Below, piece by piece: positions 41,357 through 53,678 of a stretch of 64,000 nt of DNA. Origin of the DNA: a virus. The stretch lies in the IMG/VR virus record IMGVR_UViG_3300042541_002760. The stretch is one strand, 5' to 3'. Made by a program: the position numbers and the translations under genes. The notes below the pieces were generated by a model that worked only from the letters and a program-made list of their open reading frames with translations, was not told where the DNA came from and made no database searches. Position 1 is the first letter of the stretch. Every line of letters starts with the position of its first letter.

Positions 41357-43795
41357 TTATGCCTGTGTAAGAAGTGCGCGAACGGTTACTCCACTATATC
41401 CAAAACTAGTTGCTGTGTAGCGAATATAATTGCCTACTGTATCCTGTGCCGCATTCCAAGAACTCCAATTAGTTCCATCTGTCGAATACTGCCATGTACC
41501 GTAGGAGGACAGAGTGACAGTATCATTCAATAGTTCATTGTTGTTGCTTGCATCATACAAACGAATTCTCATATTTGGGATATTTGATCCCCATGCAGCA
41601 ACCTGTTTCCATGCGAATATCTTGCTTGCCGTAGAAGATTTTGACAGAGACGGCTGATAATGTGAATCCTGATTGGAGTCCTCATACAAACAAGCAATAG
41701 AGTATATGCGAGTGGGAACGCAGAGTTCGCCCATAATGTCAAACGCAATCTTGAACTGAATGTAATCAGATACAGCAGCGGCTTCCAAATCCGCTCCTAT
41801 AGCAATTTCTGTCCATGCACCACTATTATCGTCTATGCCACTTGTGCGATACCACATCTTGTAGGACTCAACGGGGAATCCGAGTCCGTATTCTCCTGCA
41901 TATTCCATATGGTCAACATAGGCATGATAAAGTTTAGTGGCATTTGTAGTTGCAAGTTTAGGAGTGATGACTGCCTGACGGGTCGTTGACTCGTAGTACG
42001 CATCCGCAATGAAGGGGAAGACATACAGCCAATTCGATCCCGATGTCACGGTTGAGGGTACGACGAACATCCAACCGTCTTCTGTCCACAGGGTAATTGT
42101 TGCTTGCGGAAACAGACCATCACTTGCTCCCGAGGGCGTTGTGGTCAACTTCAATCTGTTCAAGTTGGCTCCGACCAACTTTTCAAACTGCGATCCATCC
42201 GTGACATACGGGGTCACATAGACTCCGAATCGTCCACTTGTAGTTGCCACGAACAATCGGTCGAGTGATGTCGAATAGTCAACCTGTGACATGGTTTGCA
42301 AAGCGGTATATGTGACGCTTCCGCCTGGTGGGACTTCGAGCATCGCATCGGCTAGCCAACTCGTGTTTCCCGCCGTCAGGGTCGCCACGGGACATCGGTA
42401 GACCCTAGAGGTTGTCGTGAAGTAGAGGCTCTTTGATCCCAAAGCCGCACCGTGGTTCACGCTGAAGACTCTTCCGCTGTTGATCTGTGAAATGGTTCCC
42501 GTGGTCGCAACGCTTCCCGTCTTGAGGACGAATGCACTCACGCTTGTTCCGCTTGCAGGACCGCCCGTGAGCGCACCGACAGTCAATGCCGCCCGAATGT
42601 TGTACTTCACGATGATTGCATTTGCCGTAGTCGTTGTCGCATTCACGGAATACAGATCATGGTTCGTTGCGCTTCGCCCGTCATCGTCCACCGCAATTGT
42701 GGCAAGGACATTTCGGGCGGCGGAATGCACGGTATGGGTTCCCGTGCCCGCACCGCTGATGCTTTGTATCGAACCGTTCAGCGTGGTCGAGAGGGAGAAT
42801 TGGTTCGTGCCGAGGTTCGTGCCGATGACATAGTAGACCGTGGCGGTAGACAAGCCCGTTGGGAGCGTGGTGGTGGTGGTGAACTGCACGGGGTCACCGA
42901 CATTCAGTCCGTGGCTGCTCAACGACAGGATGTTCGTGGTGCTGTAGGTCACCGTCGCCGTCGCCGTGCCGAGCGTTCCCACCGCATCGGTGAGGAGATA
43001 CGAGGCACGGACATTGTCCGTCGTGGTCGCTTCGGTGATCGTGGTTCCGCCGCTTGCGAATGTGCTGTGATTGAGTCCCTTGATGAGGTGAATACCGCCG
43101 TTGAGCAAGGTGGCATTCGTCACCGCAAGGGCTATGCGAATTTCTTCAATCACATACGATGTACCTCCACTCAGATTTACGGGTGCGCTAATTGTCAGAG
43201 AGGTATCACTTGCAATCGCAGTAATCTCATACCATGTGGTGACTGCGGTTGGGTCTGTGGTTCCAAATCCAATTCTTGCTCCAACTGCAATACGGTCGGT
43301 GGTGAACTGTGTGCTTGACCCTGTGATGGTGGTGGAAGAGCCACTTGTGGAAACTGTTCCCGATGTATGCTCATACACGATTCCACGAATCGAACGGACA
43401 TTCTTGTTTCCTGATACCGTGGTTCCTGATAGCGTTATGAATCCCTTGAATGTCAGGGTCGATGTGCTTGAGTTGAACTCCGTGAGGGCGACTGTCCTCG
43501 TGGCGGCGGCGGTTGCGTTGGAAGCGGTGAACACCCAATAGATGTTGTCCGACCACTTGTACACATAGGGCATGAACTGCGATCCCGAGGTGAAGACTTC
43601 GGCGATGTTCACAATGGCTGATGGCTTTGAAGAAATATATTTGTCTTCTGGGTTTGCTCCCGTGGCTTGGCGAATAAGCGAGGAAAGCATGGTCTTGGTG
43701 GAATCATAACCACCCGCAGTTATACCAACGGCAGGAATTCCTCCTGTAAATCCTATAGTGTTCCCCGTAAAATGATGATCTACTGCTGCTTTCAT
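41357..43795 (-). CDS. 812-aa Thr-rich virion/fibre-tip protein with GC-rich internal segments
   Basis: [10 protein letters not shown] and [21 protein letters not shown] beta-domains common in phage structural proteins; ATGA overlap with the upstream gene. Confidence 0.7.
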   Translation of the reverse strand: MKAAVDHHFTGNTIGFTGGIPAVGITAGGYDSTKTMLSSLIRQATGANPEDKYISSKPSAIVNIAEVFTSGSQFMPYVYKWSDNIYWVFTASNATAAATRTVALTEFNSSTSTLTFKGFITLSGTTVSGNKNVRSIRGIVYEHTSGTVSTSGSSTTITGSSTQFTTDRIAVGARIGFGTTDPTAVTTWYEITAIASDTSLTISAPVNLSGGTSYVIEEIRIALAVTNATLLNGGIHLIKGLNHSTFASGGTTITEATTTDNVRASYLLTDAVGTLGTATATVTYSTTNILSLSSHGLNVGDPVQFTTTTTLPTGLSTATVYYVIGTNLGTNQFSLSTTLNGSIQSISGAGTGTHTVHSAARNVLATIAVDDDGRSATNHDLYSVNATTTTANAIIVKYNIRAALTVGALTGGPASGTSVSAFVLKTGSVATTGTISQINSGRVFSVNHGAALGSKSLYFTTTSRVYRCPVATLTAGNTSWLADAMLEVPPGGSVTYTALQTMSQVDYSTSLDRLFVATTSGRFGVYVTPYVTDGSQFEKLVGANLNRLKLTTTPSGASDGLFPQATITLWTEDGWMFVVPSTVTSGSNWLYVFPFIADAYYESTTRQAVITPKLATTNATKLYHAYVDHMEYAGEYGLGFPVESYKMWYRTSGIDDNSGAWTEIAIGADLEAAAVSDYIQFKIAFDIMGELCVPTRIYSIACLYEDSNQDSHYQPSLSKSSTASKIFAWKQVAAWGSNIPNMRIRLYDASNNNELLNDTVTLSSYGTWQYSTDGTNWSSWNAAQDTVGNYIRYTATSFGYSGVTVRALLTQA

Positions 43796-46044
43796 GTGAT
43801 TCTCCTAATCTTTATGAACAATCCTACGCTTTGTATATCTGTATTACTATTTATTACGAAATCAATCATGTCACCCGCACTCATTCCCGACCATGCGGTG
43901 ATGCCTGTGTTTGAAGCCTTGAATTGACCGCTAAGGCTTGGGTAGTCTGATCCAACAATTGTTGTAGTTGATGGATAATTGGCAAATGATGATTTCTTCA
44001 CATCAAACTGTATCGAACCTGTTTGACCCGCAACGACATACCATTCCAATGCTTGGCAATCATAGGGAATTAAACGATATCCTTTTTTTCCTATTGATAT
44101 ATTATCAGGAGTAGAATCTATGAATACAGAAAGAACATCCTCGCTTGGCCCTGTTGCACCCTGTGATCCTGTTGCACCTGTGACACCTTGAGAACCTGTA
44201 ATACCCTGAGAACCTGTTACACCTTGAATGCCTTGAGATCCTGTAGCACCCGTAGCACCTGTGACACCTTGAATGCCTTGAGATCCTGTAGCACCCGTAG
44301 CACCTGTGACACCTTGAATGCCTTGAGATCCTGTAGCACCCGTAGCACCTTGTGCACCAACGGAACCTGCACTAATGGTTGTCTTTACATAAGAAACATC
44401 TTCTCCCTCATAGGAAGTAATAACATTAAAACTAGCAGAACCGCTTACTCTAGCAGCATAAACTTTAAAAACTAATCTATCTGTTGTTAAAAACGAGAAA
44501 GCAGAAGCATATGCAACAGTCCATCTAATTTCTGCTTTGGTTTGATTAGAAAACTGTTCAGAATACCCATTTCTGAGTAGAGTTTCTGTTCCTGATAGAT
44601 CTCTTTTCCACAATTGAAAATTTAATCTTGCAATACAGTTTACATTATCGTCTTGATATGCATGAATGATTCTCTCTGCAATGCCTGTAGGAAGAGATCC
44701 TACTCCTGGTTCGCCTACATCAGTTATAAATGATGCAATGAAAACATCACTAGTACCACTAACAGCGGTGGTAATACTTGTAATTGCATTAGGTGATGGA
44801 GATGTAACTGCTTTTTTGTATCCTACAACATCAGCAGTTACTCCTGCCCAAAGATAATAGATTCTACCAGCATTTCCACCTGCGATTCCTTGAGGACCTG
44901 TAGCACCTGTTGCACCCTGAGATCCTGTAGCACCAGTAGCACCAGTGGAACCTGTGATACCATTAGAACCTGTTGCACCTTGAGAACCTGTTGCTCCTGT
45001 GACACCTTGAATGCCTTGAGAACCTGTTGCACCTGTAACACCTTGAGAACCTGTAGCACCTGTGACACCTTGAATACCCTGTTCACCTGTGACACCTTGA
45101 ATACCCTGTTCACCTGTAGCACCCGTGACACCTTGAATGCCTTGAGAACCTGTTGCACCTGTAACACCTTGAGAACCTGTAGCACCTGTGACACCTTGAA
45201 TACCTTGAGAACCTGTTGCACCTGTTGCACCTGTGACACCTTGAATACCTTGAGAACCTGTTGCACCTGTTGCACCTGTGACACCTTGAATGCCCTGTTC
45301 ACCTGTAGAACCTGTGACACCTTGAATGCCCTGAGAACCTGTTGCACCTGTGACACCTTGAATACCTTGAGAACCTGTTGCACCTGTTGCACCTGTGACA
45401 CCTTGAATGCCCTGAGATCCTGTTGCACCTGTGACACCTTGAATACCTTGAGAACCTGTTTCACCCTGTGATCCCGTGACACCTTGAATGCCCTGAGAAC
45501 CTGTGGCTCCTGTGACACCTTGAATTCCTTGAGAACCTGTAGCACCCTGTGATCCTGTTACACCTTGAGATCCCGTTGTACCTGTGATGCCTTGAATGCC
45601 TTGAGATCCCGTTGCACCTGTGACACCTTGAATGCCTTGAGATCCTGTTGCACCTGTTGCACCTGTGACACCTTGAGAACCTGTAGCACCTGTGACACCT
45701 TGAATGCCTTGAGATCCTGTTGCACCTGTGACACCTTGAGGACCTGTTGCACCTGTTGCACCTTGAATGCCTTGAGATCCTGTTGCACCCTGTGATCCTG
45801 TTGCACCCTGAATGCCTTGAGATCCTGTTGCACCCTGAGAACCTGTGGCTCCCACGGATCCTGTAACACCTTGAGATCCTGTTGCACCTGTAATACCCTG
45901 AATGCCTTGAGAACCTGGCGCACCCGTGGCACCATATGTACTTGAAGTATAGACATCCCATGCAATACCGTTCCATTGCCAAGAACGAACACCATTTGTG
46001 TACATTTCATTCAGTGCTGGTGATGGAGGAAAATCTAATGGCAT
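43792..46044 (-). CDS. Collagen-like protein with long [12 protein letters not shown] array
   Basis: [14 protein letters not shown] head; over 100 consecutive G-x-x triplets; terminal beta domain. Confidence 0.9.
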   Translation of the reverse strand: MPLDFPPSPALNEMYTNGVRSWQWNGIAWDVYTSSTYGATGAPGSQGIQGITGATGSQGVTGSVGATGSQGATGSQGIQGATGSQGATGSQGIQGATGATGPQGVTGATGSQGIQGVTGATGSQGVTGATGATGSQGIQGVTGATGSQGIQGITGTTGSQGVTGSQGATGSQGIQGVTGATGSQGIQGVTGSQGETGSQGIQGVTGATGSQGIQGVTGATGATGSQGIQGVTGATGSQGIQGVTGSTGEQGIQGVTGATGATGSQGIQGVTGATGATGSQGIQGVTGATGSQGVTGATGSQGIQGVTGATGEQGIQGVTGEQGIQGVTGATGSQGVTGATGSQGIQGVTGATGSQGATGSNGITGSTGATGATGSQGATGATGPQGIAGGNAGRIYYLWAGVTADVVGYKKAVTSPSPNAITSITTAVSGTSDVFIASFITDVGEPGVGSLPTGIAERIIHAYQDDNVNCIARLNFQLWKRDLSGTETLLRNGYSEQFSNQTKAEIRWTVAYASAFSFLTTDRLVFKVYAARVSGSASFNVITSYEGEDVSYVKTTISAGSVGAQGATGATGSQGIQGVTGATGATGSQGIQGVTGATGATGSQGIQGVTGSQGITGSQGVTGATGSQGATGPSEDVLSVFIDSTPDNISIGKKGYRLIPYDCQALEWYVVAGQTGSIQFDVKKSSFANYPSTTTIVGSDYPSLSGQFKASNTGITAWSGMSAGDMIDFVINSNTDIQSVGLFIKIRRIT

Positions 46045-46062
46045 GTGTTAATTACTTAACAA

Positions 46063-46365
46063 TCAAACATCAGTCGATCCAACAAACTCACCATTCGGAA
46101 TGGACTTTGTAAAGGTATATGCAGATTTTACCTCATTCATTCCCTCAGCATCAATGACAGCAGGTGCAAACCACACATCAAAATCAAACACAGTGATGGT
46201 TCTTTCATCAAGAGGAATCTTATTGTCTATTCTCGCTTGTTCGGAAACATATCCATCCAAAATAACTGTACCTGTCTTGGCGGTATGATTCAGATTCAGA
46301 GTACGAATCTTCCAATATTGCGAATAGGTTCCTGTAGGATGTTGAATAATTTGTTGTAGTGCCAT
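46063..46365 (-). CDS. Hypothetical protein (100 aa)
   Basis: TAATG stop/start coupling within the late operon. Confidence 0.7.
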   Translation of the reverse strand: MALQQIIQHPTGTYSQYWKIRTLNLNHTAKTGTVILDGYVSEQARIDNKIPLDERTITVFDFDVWFAPAVIDAEGMNEVKSAYTFTKSIPNGEFVGSTDV

Positions 46366-46685
46366 TATGTTGACTCCAATACTGATACGATGATATCAAG
46401 TCCCGCAGTTAATCCTGCTGTAACTTTGAGTGTATCTCCTGTTACGAGTGGAATTGGTGCATCAAGTGCTTGGTATGTTGCTTGAATTGGAACTGCTGCT
46501 GCACGAACAATGTAGTACCCTGTTGCTCCCTTGAACAACTGAACAGATACACTATTGGCTAGTGTGGTGTTACTGTTGGCAACATGAATAGCATTCACTA
46601 TTGCAGTTCCTGTGATTCCTGCATAGATTACGGTGGCTGCTGTGACACCGACTGAAGTTGCGTAATTTGTGTATATGTCTGGCAT
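46365..46685 (-). CDS. Small fibre-associated beta protein (106 aa)
   Basis: IHVAN...PIPLVTGDTLKV...IIVSVLE pattern; ATAAATA at 46701-46707, AAGGA RBS. Confidence 0.7.
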   Translation of the reverse strand: MPDIYTNYATSVGVTAATVIYAGITGTAIVNAIHVANSNTTLANSVSVQLFKGATGYYIVRAAAVPIQATYQALDAPIPLVTGDTLKVTAGLTAGLDIIVSVLEST

Positions 46686-46709
46686 TAGTATTTCCTTTGA
46701 TATTTATGC

Positions 46710-47750
46710 TTATGGTGCGGAGGATTTGTACGGGTGATCATTAGGAAGACTTGCTTGTAATCCCCATTTATGTGCAAGGTAACCTTCAACTTGTTGTCTT
46801 TCGACAGTATCCCAAGAATAATTCGATATAATAATTTCTGCCATCTTGCCATTGTAGAATAGACCAGGATATTGACCCAAAATAAATGCTGCGCCTAATG
46901 AAGGAGTATCACCCAGACCACCATTATTTGTAAAAGTACTGTTGAGGGTTCCTGCCACATGGGCAGTTCCAGCACCCAATCCTGTCTTGATTAGTGTAAA
47001 GAAAGTTCCAGTATTAATTACGAAGAATGATCCTCCAGAATATGTTCTGTAGTTGGATGTAGTATCTCCCCAATACAATCCTCCATCACTTTTGATTTCA
47101 ACCAAGAATTCCCAACTACCTTCTGGCACATAAAGCAAAACTTCTTGACCGCTGATTGTATCTGGCTTTACTGCCCATGCCATGCTATAAGTATTGTCTC
47201 CCGATAATTCTGAATGTAATGGTGTTGTTCCTCCACTTATCGTCATTGAATCGTCTGAACCATCCCAATCAATGAGTCCTAATGAGTTCATTCCACTAGA
47301 AATATATGTTGGTTGATTTGCTCCATTCGCTTGTGTTGCGTGTCTTTCGTTTCCACTCTTGTCGTTCCATTGAGAAACAGTAGTGTCATTAAGGATGATT
47401 GTACTAGAGTCTGCTGCGTCTAACCAACAAGCAGTAGAAGTAAGATTGGCAGGTGTCCACCCAACACTAACAGTATTAATAAACGCTCCCAAATCTCTCT
47501 CTATGAAATGCTTCAACATCGGAATGGTTCCTGCCTTTGTACGGCGTTGATCGGTTGTTCCGTTGTAACCAGAGTTTAATCCAAATCCCCGTTTAGGAAT
47601 TAGAAGATTCTGCTTTGCCCAGATATTACTTTTTTGTATTCCTGTTTCTTGACGCACACCAACCCATGAAGAACCATCCCATGCCCACACCTTTCCTTCG
47701 TAGGTGTATTCTTGGTTTACTGACGGAGATGTTGGAAATTGTATTGGCAT
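46710..47750 (-). CDS. LamG/concanavalin-like domain protein (start MPIQFP)
   Basis: WLDAAD..VSQWNDKSGN.RHATQ, G.MAEII, EGYLAHKWG. Confidence 0.8.
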   Translation of the reverse strand: MPIQFPTSPSVNQEYTYEGKVWAWDGSSWVGVRQETGIQKSNIWAKQNLLIPKRGFGLNSGYNGTTDQRRTKAGTIPMLKHFIERDLGAFINTVSVGWTPANLTSTACWLDAADSSTIILNDTTVSQWNDKSGNERHATQANGANQPTYISSGMNSLGLIDWDGSDDSMTISGGTTPLHSELSGDNTYSMAWAVKPDTISGQEVLLYVPEGSWEFLVEIKSDGGLYWGDTTSNYRTYSGGSFFVINTGTFFTLIKTGLGAGTAHVAGTLNSTFTNNGGLGDTPSLGAAFILGQYPGLFYNGKMAEIIISNYSWDTVERQQVEGYLAHKWGLQASLPNDHPYKSSAP

Positions 47751-47755
47751 GGGGG

Positions 47756-48634
47756 TTATGGTGCTAAGTTTTTGTATGGGTGATCCGAGGGAAGACTTGA
47801 AGTAAGTCCCCATTTCCATGCAAGGTAGCCTTCAATAAGTTGTCTTGTGGTGGTATCTGTAGTTTGTACCATTATCACTTCACCAAACACAAGATTTGAC
47901 TGTCTCGCAGTACCAAATTGTTTTGCTAATGCATAACCAATATTAGTATTGTTTGGTGTGGAAATAGTATTAGTTGTGCCTTCTATTGTACCATTTCTCC
48001 ATACACCCCATCCTGTAGTATTACTTTGAAATGACATTATATTACCAACATTATTAGAGTATACAGTTCCGCTACTCAAATCATAATTACCAGTTCCAGG
48101 TGCTTGGTAATATGGATACGAAGCACCAAAATTATTAGTGTTTTTAATAAAATGTATGGATCCTATTTCTGTTTTTCCTGCATTAAGACAACCAATTGTT
48201 GGTCTATAAGTATCAGTACCAGTCCCTGCACCACTTCTTGAAAACACCCAATACACTCCATGTGTTTGATTTTGTTGTGCCGTAGTTGCAATCTCTAATG
48301 TATCATCAACACCATCAAATAATACTCCTGGTAACGAACCAGGAAAAGCAGTGGCAGAATACGATGGTTGTAATGATCCAGTGGCTTGTATAGCATTAAC
48401 TCCACCACCTTTTCTATCAGCCCATGAGGAAACTCCTGTTGAAATTATAATAGTTGAAGATACAGAAGCATCCAACCAAAAAACAGTAGAAATTTGTGCA
48501 GGTGTCCAGAAAACACTACCAAACAATCCCAAATTTCTCTCCATGTTGTGCTTCAACATAGGAATAGTTCCTGCCTTTGTACGGCGTTGATCTGTGTTGC
48601 CACAGTATCCTGAATTGAGTCGCCATCTTCTCAT
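47756..48634 (-). CDS. LamG/concanavalin-like paralogue (start MRRWR)
   Basis: [26 protein letters not shown]; ATGA overlap with the upstream gene. Confidence 0.8.
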   Translation of the reverse strand: MRRWRLNSGYCGNTDQRRTKAGTIPMLKHNMERNLGLFGSVFWTPAQISTVFWLDASVSSTIIISTGVSSWADRKGGGVNAIQATGSLQPSYSATAFPGSLPGVLFDGVDDTLEIATTAQQNQTHGVYWVFSRSGAGTGTDTYRPTIGCLNAGKTEIGSIHFIKNTNNFGASYPYYQAPGTGNYDLSSGTVYSNNVGNIMSFQSNTTGWGVWRNGTIEGTTNTISTPNNTNIGYALAKQFGTARQSNLVFGEVIMVQTTDTTTRQLIEGYLAWKWGLTSSLPSDHPYKNLAP

Positions 48635-51600
48635 GATAAGAACCACCCTCTCTTGAAGTCTACGATGTATTGAACTGCACCTGTGAGTCCATTGACGGAG
48701 ATTACATAATCACCAACTGGTCCTGTAGCACCTGTGACACCTTGAGGACCTGTTGCACCTGTAGCACCATTTGTTCCATTAGCACCAGTAGCACCTGTGA
48801 CACCTTGAATTCCTTGAGATCCTGTTGCACCTGTGACACCTTGAATGCCTTGAATGCCCTGTTCACCTGTGACACCTTGAATTCCTTGAGATCCTGTGGC
48901 TCCTGTGACACCTGTGACACCTTGAATGCCTTGAGAACCTGTTGCACCTGTAGCACCTGTGACACCTTGAATGCCTTGAGAACCTGTTGCACCTGTAACA
49001 CCTTGAATGCCTTGAATACCTTGAGATCCTGTAGCACCTGTAACACCTTGAATGCCTTGAATACCTTGAGATCCTGTAGCACCTGTAACACCTTGAATGC
49101 CCTGTTCACCTGTAGCACCTGTGACACCTTGAATGCCCTGTGATCCCGTTGCACCTGTTGCACCATTCGTACCACTTGTTCCATTAGCACCTGTTGCTCC
49201 TTGAGGGCCAAAAGGTTCAACCCAATAGGAAGATGTTCCGTCTGTAATATAAACAAATATATTTCCGCTTGTGGTGTTGAACCACATATCACCGTATGTG
49301 GCTCCTGCTGGTGCTGTGGTTGATGAGGTGAAACTTATTGCACCTGTTGCACCTGTGACACCTTGAATGCCCTGAGATCCTGTTGCACCTGTGACACCTG
49401 TGACACCTTGAATGCCCTGTTCACCTGTAGCACCTGTGACACCTTGAATGCCCTGAGATCCTGTTGCACCTGTGACACCTGTGACACCTTGAATGCCCTG
49501 TTCACCTGTAGCACCTGTGACACCTTGAATGCCCTGAGATCCTGTTGCACCTGTTGCACCTGTGACACCTTGAATGCCCTGAGATCCTGTTGCACCTGTG
49601 ACACCTGTGACACCTTGAATGCCCTGTTCACCTGTAGCACCTGTGACACCTTGAATGCCCTGTTCACCTGTAGAACCTGTGACACCTTGAATGCCTTGGG
49701 AACCTGTGACACCTTGAATGCCCTGTTCACCTGTAGCACCTGTGACACCTTGAATACCTTGAGAACCTGTTGCACCTGTGACACCTTGAATACCTTGAGA
49801 ACCTGTTGCACCTGTTACACCCTGTGATCCCGTAACACCTTGAGATCCCGTTGTACCTGTGATGCCTTGAATTCCTTGAGATCCTGTTGCACCCGCGACA
49901 CCTTGAGAACCTGTTGCACCCTGTGATCCTGTAACACCTTGAGAACCTGTTGCACCAATTAATCCCGTATAGGTTGGCTGAATCCATTGATCGCTATTGC
50001 CATCATTAATATAAACATATTCAATACCACTATTGGAAGAAACCCAACGATCACCTTGTGTAGCCCCATTGGGTGCAGTCAAACCATATGTGAAGGTATT
50101 AGCAGCAGTATATTGTTCGGTATTGTTTTTGAATTTGATATAGGATGAAATATTCCCATTACCATTTAAATTTAATGCACCAGGAACATTTAAATTGCTG
50201 CCATCAAATGTAAAATATTGAGTTGCTGCAAGATCAGTTACATCATCATTTGCAAATTGAATTGATCCTGCTTGTGCTTTCAGTGAGAGATGGTTTGTGA
50301 TCGTTACTTCGCCCGTACCGCCCGTAGGACTAATATCGATTCCGACTCCCGCAATAATTCTACTTATTGCTCCAACGCCAACGCCACCACCTGTTCCACC
50401 GCCACCCGTATTAGTAATGGTTAATGTGTTACTAGATGGATCTGTGGTTAGGTTAATACCCGACCCTGCAACAAATGTCAGGGTTTCTTTGTCATATTGA
50501 ACAGCCGTTAATCCCGATTGCCCCGAGACAGATATGAATTTAAATGCTTCGCCAAGACCACCACCACCGTCATATAGTATTGGTGTGGTTGGAGTAATCT
50601 TTGAAAGATCAATCGATAGATGCTGCCGCTGTTTGTCAAGTTTCAGTGGATACTGAACCGAAAGCAGTCCTGCATCTCCCTTGTCGCCTTTATCTCCCTT
50701 GTCTCCCTTGTCTCCCTGATGTCCCTGTCCCCCGTCCTTTCCATCAATGCCATTGGCACCTACAAGCCCGCTCTCTCCTGCCACTCCTTGAATTCCCTGA
50801 GTGCCTCGTTCGCCTTGGTCTCCCTTATCTCCCTTGTCTCCTCTATCGCCCTTCTCGCCTCTTTCTCCGTCTTTTCCATCCGATCCTCGTTCGCCTTGGT
50901 CTCCCTTATCTCCTTTGGCACCCTGAAGTCCTTGTGAACCGATATCTCCCCGTTCACCCTTCTCTCCTTTTTCCCCTTGAAGACCTGGAACTCCTCGTTC
51001 GCCTTGGGAGCCTTGTGATCCCGCTGCTCCCTCTTCGCCCTTCTCACCCTGATCGCCTTTTTCGCCTTTTTCGCCATCGGTGCCCCTTTCGCCTTGAGTG
51101 CCAGGTGATCCGTGTTCGCCTTGTTCGCCTTGTTCGCCCTGATCGCCTTTTTCGCCTTGATCACCCTTTTCGCCCTGTTCGCCTTGATCACCCTGATCGC
51201 CTTTATTTCCCTTGTTGCCACGAATACCAGGAATTCCATCTTCACCTCGAAGACCTTGAATTCCTTGATTTCCCTGTTCACCACGAACAACTTCGGTAAT
51301 GATTTTTTTGATTGGCTTTTCTGTAGGCTGTACGAAAACATCTTCAGTTAAAGATTCAACAAGAACGAATGAGTTGTCGAGCACATCCCGACCACCCTTA
51401 AGAATGATTGGGTTACCATCGGCATCAAAGAAAAATGCTTCTCCGATTCCCTTATATGTGTATGTTTTCCCACCAACACAGGCTGTTGCAGGGGCATATG
51501 TAAATATAGATCCCGCATCATAATCCATGAGGGGAGTAACGAGTTTTACCTGTGTTCCTACGGGAATGCCTGATGTCAGTCGAATAAATTCAACGGGTTC

Positions 51601-51642
51601 ATCATCACTGGAATTGAGATAGTCGTTAAATCTATTTGTCAT
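48631..51642 (-). CDS. 1003-aa collagen-like protein (charged GEKGDQ helix plus two G-x-T arrays)
   Basis: G-x-y repeats and two P....GD.W modules. Confidence 0.9.
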   Translation of the reverse strand: MTNRFNDYLNSSDDEPVEFIRLTSGIPVGTQVKLVTPLMDYDAGSIFTYAPATACVGGKTYTYKGIGEAFFFDADGNPIILKGGRDVLDNSFVLVESLTEDVFVQPTEKPIKKIITEVVRGEQGNQGIQGLRGEDGIPGIRGNKGNKGDQGDQGEQGEKGDQGEKGDQGEQGEQGEHGSPGTQGERGTDGEKGEKGDQGEKGEEGAAGSQGSQGERGVPGLQGEKGEKGERGDIGSQGLQGAKGDKGDQGERGSDGKDGERGEKGDRGDKGDKGDQGERGTQGIQGVAGESGLVGANGIDGKDGGQGHQGDKGDKGDKGDKGDAGLLSVQYPLKLDKQRQHLSIDLSKITPTTPILYDGGGGLGEAFKFISVSGQSGLTAVQYDKETLTFVAGSGINLTTDPSSNTLTITNTGGGGTGGGVGVGAISRIIAGVGIDISPTGGTGEVTITNHLSLKAQAGSIQFANDDVTDLAATQYFTFDGSNLNVPGALNLNGNGNISSYIKFKNNTEQYTAANTFTYGLTAPNGATQGDRWVSSNSGIEYVYINDGNSDQWIQPTYTGLIGATGSQGVTGSQGATGSQGVAGATGSQGIQGITGTTGSQGVTGSQGVTGATGSQGIQGVTGATGSQGIQGVTGATGEQGIQGVTGSQGIQGVTGSTGEQGIQGVTGATGEQGIQGVTGVTGATGSQGIQGVTGATGATGSQGIQGVTGATGEQGIQGVTGVTGATGSQGIQGVTGATGEQGIQGVTGVTGATGSQGIQGVTGATGAISFTSSTTAPAGATYGDMWFNTTSGNIFVYITDGTSSYWVEPFGPQGATGANGTSGTNGATGATGSQGIQGVTGATGEQGIQGVTGATGSQGIQGIQGVTGATGSQGIQGIQGVTGATGSQGIQGVTGATGATGSQGIQGVTGVTGATGSQGIQGVTGEQGIQGIQGVTGATGSQGIQGVTGATGANGTNGATGATGPQGVTGATGPVGDYVISVNGLTGAVQYIVDFKRGWFLS

Positions 51643-51680
51643 CGTAAACCCATAGAAGGGCAGTTTACGAGGTATTTAGG
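51640..51680 (-). promoter_or_regulatory. Late promoter + hairpin leader, copy 2
   Basis: 39/41 identical to 41096-41136. Confidence 0.85.
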
Positions 51681-51686
51681 GTCAAC

Positions 51687-52367
51687 CTAAACGGCTGTAA
51701 GTGCCTTCCATGAGACAGGAAAGAGACCTTTAAGTATTCTTCCAATAGCATTTGAATACTCTCGAACTTCCCACTGTGCATGAGGATCGGATCGAAGTTT
51801 GCAGACCCTAGAATATGCAGCAAGACTTCCCGTCCACCACCACTCAGTATATGTTCCTTGTGGTAATACAAATCGTGCTTGCTCGGGAGCGATTCCCTGA
51901 TCGATCAAAAGGTTGTAACAATTAATCGCCTTATGAATGCTTTCATAGTATGCATTATCTAAAGTTTCCCATTTCGATACATCTTCAACAAAGCCTTCAC
52001 TTCCTTGCTTTGCATTTTGAGTTGGCTTTGTGCGCCACAATGGTTTGTAAACTTCAGGTGCATCCGTAACATAACGGCGAGAGACTTCGTTTTCTACGAA
52101 TCCCTGTTTGTGCTTGAAGAGTTGTGTGCGTATGGAGATTGGTGCTTTGATTCGCAGAGTGATCTGTGGATGTGCAAAGGGAGTCCAATGATTGTGTTTT
52201 GCAAGATATGAGATCAGTTTCTCATCCTTATCAACAAACTCCATACTCTCTTTATGAAATGAAACACGAGCAGCATTAACTACCGTGAGATCACTACCCA
52301 TGTGCGAAACATATTGAACAAAGCCAATTCCGTCAAGAACGGAAGTGGATACTTCATTTTCTACCAT
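51687..52367 (-). CDS. thyX: Flavin-dependent thymidylate synthase
   Basis: VVNAARVSF, HWTPF, NEVSRRY, PEQARFVLP, HAQWE. Confidence 0.96.
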   Translation of the reverse strand: MVENEVSTSVLDGIGFVQYVSHMGSDLTVVNAARVSFHKESMEFVDKDEKLISYLAKHNHWTPFAHPQITLRIKAPISIRTQLFKHKQGFVENEVSRRYVTDAPEVYKPLWRTKPTQNAKQGSEGFVEDVSKWETLDNAYYESIHKAINCYNLLIDQGIAPEQARFVLPQGTYTEWWWTGSLAAYSRVCKLRSDPHAQWEVREYSNAIGRILKGLFPVSWKALTAV

Positions 52368-52373
52368 ACTTTT

Positions 52374-52622
52374 TTACTCCTCAGTGGAATCTTCAGATGC
52401 TTTTTCTGCATTGACCGCTGCACGAACTTCAGGGCGAAGTGAATCAATTCGATCACTTACTTTGTGATAAAGAGATGCAAAGATTGCATCCTTTGCTTCA
52501 CTTGCCTTGCCATCCATTACAAGATCAATGATGGTGGGAAAATCTCCAACCACACCATTATCTGTATCGTCTTCCATATCAACATCGTCCATGCTCAGAT
52601 CAGGTTCTTCTTCATTATTCAT
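52374..52622 (-). CDS. Small acidic late protein, resembles prohead-core (gp67-like) proteins
   Basis: IIDLVMDGKASEAKDAIFASLYHKVSDRID; CTAAATA at 52640-52646, GGAGG RBS. Confidence 0.5.
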   Translation of the reverse strand: MNNEEEPDLSMDDVDMEDDTDNGVVGDFPTIIDLVMDGKASEAKDAIFASLYHKVSDRIDSLRPEVRAAVNAEKASEDSTEE

Positions 52623-52638
52623 ATTCAATCCTCCGTTG

Positions 52639-53667
52639 TTATTTAGCCCACTTGTTGAGTGCAATATGTCCTGCCAATCCCGAATGTGAATTTCTCATGA
52701 TGTCATGCAGTATTGTGGTCTTTCCGTGTCCTGCCAACACCATATCATTGATATCTTTTAGCCCACGAAAACGATCAGACCATACACAAACTCTATGCCC
52801 ATTTTCCAATAAGCGTCCCATGGTTTCTACAACCTGCTTATTTCGAGGTTCATTGTCAAGTGCATATATCAGTTCTGAATTCTTTAGTTCTGTGGGAATG
52901 TTTGTAGCATCCGAAAGCCCAATCATCGCAACAGCATTATCAAGAAACATACTGTCGATAGGCCCTTCGACCACAATGATTGGTTTTTTGATATTGCATT
53001 TATCAAGACCGAACCACATCTTGGCAGCATCCCTGTCTGCTTTTACGGTGATGTATCGAAGAGTATTTCGATTTGGATTTTTACTTCCAATGATTCTGCC
53101 TTGTGCACCAACTACTCTTCCATCAATATCCAAGATGGGGATGACAATTCGTTCGTCTTCTCCTGCCTCGACAAGAGGATCAATGTTCTTTGCCCACTCA
53201 CCATAGTTGTCTGAGTAGTATAGGCGACTCATATTCTCCGTTGACAACTGTCTATTGATAGCCCATGCAACAGCAGGGTGTTTTTTGGGCAAGGTATCAA
53301 GTCGCGGTATAAGGCTGAGAACTTTGTCTTCGGCTTTATGTGGAACAGGAACTACTTCTATTTGCTTTGGTGTGCGTCCATAGATAATTCCCGTTTCCTT
53401 CAACACCTCAAACACATACTGCTTGTACAGATTTACATCAAGCGTTTTGAGAAGCCAACTGATTGTTGCACTGTAGTCACAGTTGTGGCATTTGCATGAG
53501 AATGCCCCCTTCTTCTCATAGATGTAGAAGCGAGTCTTGCTCTTGCTCTTGGTGCTGTCGCCACAGATGGGACAACGACAGACTGCAAGGCTTGACTTCT
53601 TCCACTGAAAGCGATCTAGTCGAGGAGACAGCAGATTAATATATTTGGTGTCGATGTGAATCGGCAT
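52639..53667 (-). CDS. gp61: DNA primase gp61
   Basis: RCPICGDS, CHNC, VVEGPIDS, DNEPRN, KDINDM. Confidence 0.96.
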   Translation of the reverse strand: MPIHIDTKYINLLSPRLDRFQWKKSSLAVCRCPICGDSTKSKSKTRFYIYEKKGAFSCKCHNCDYSATISWLLKTLDVNLYKQYVFEVLKETGIIYGRTPKQIEVVPVPHKAEDKVLSLIPRLDTLPKKHPAVAWAINRQLSTENMSRLYYSDNYGEWAKNIDPLVEAGEDERIVIPILDIDGRVVGAQGRIIGSKNPNRNTLRYITVKADRDAAKMWFGLDKCNIKKPIIVVEGPIDSMFLDNAVAMIGLSDATNIPTELKNSELIYALDNEPRNKQVVETMGRLLENGHRVCVWSDRFRGLKDINDMVLAGHGKTTILHDIMRNSHSGLAGHIALNKWAK

Positions 53668-53678
53668 GGATTGTTGCT

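Noticed and set aside
42659-43318. 219-aa plus-strand ORF
   Set aside because: Antisense to the 812-aa gene in its GC-rich patch, where stops are depleted.
44890-45910. Repeat arrays as a possible CRISPR array
   Set aside because: Units are in-frame multiples of 9 nt within a CDS, with no unique spacers and no cas operon; the Cas4-like exonuclease is a standard T4-like gene.
44188-49987. Cys-rich ([10 protein letters not shown]) and VQQVLK repeat ORFs over the collagen arrays
   Set aside because: Antisense or shifted-frame shadows of the G-x-T repeats; no independent expression signals seen.
50601-51341. 232-aa and 193-aa ORFs over the charged collagen region
   Set aside because: Alternative frames of the GEKGDQ repeats.
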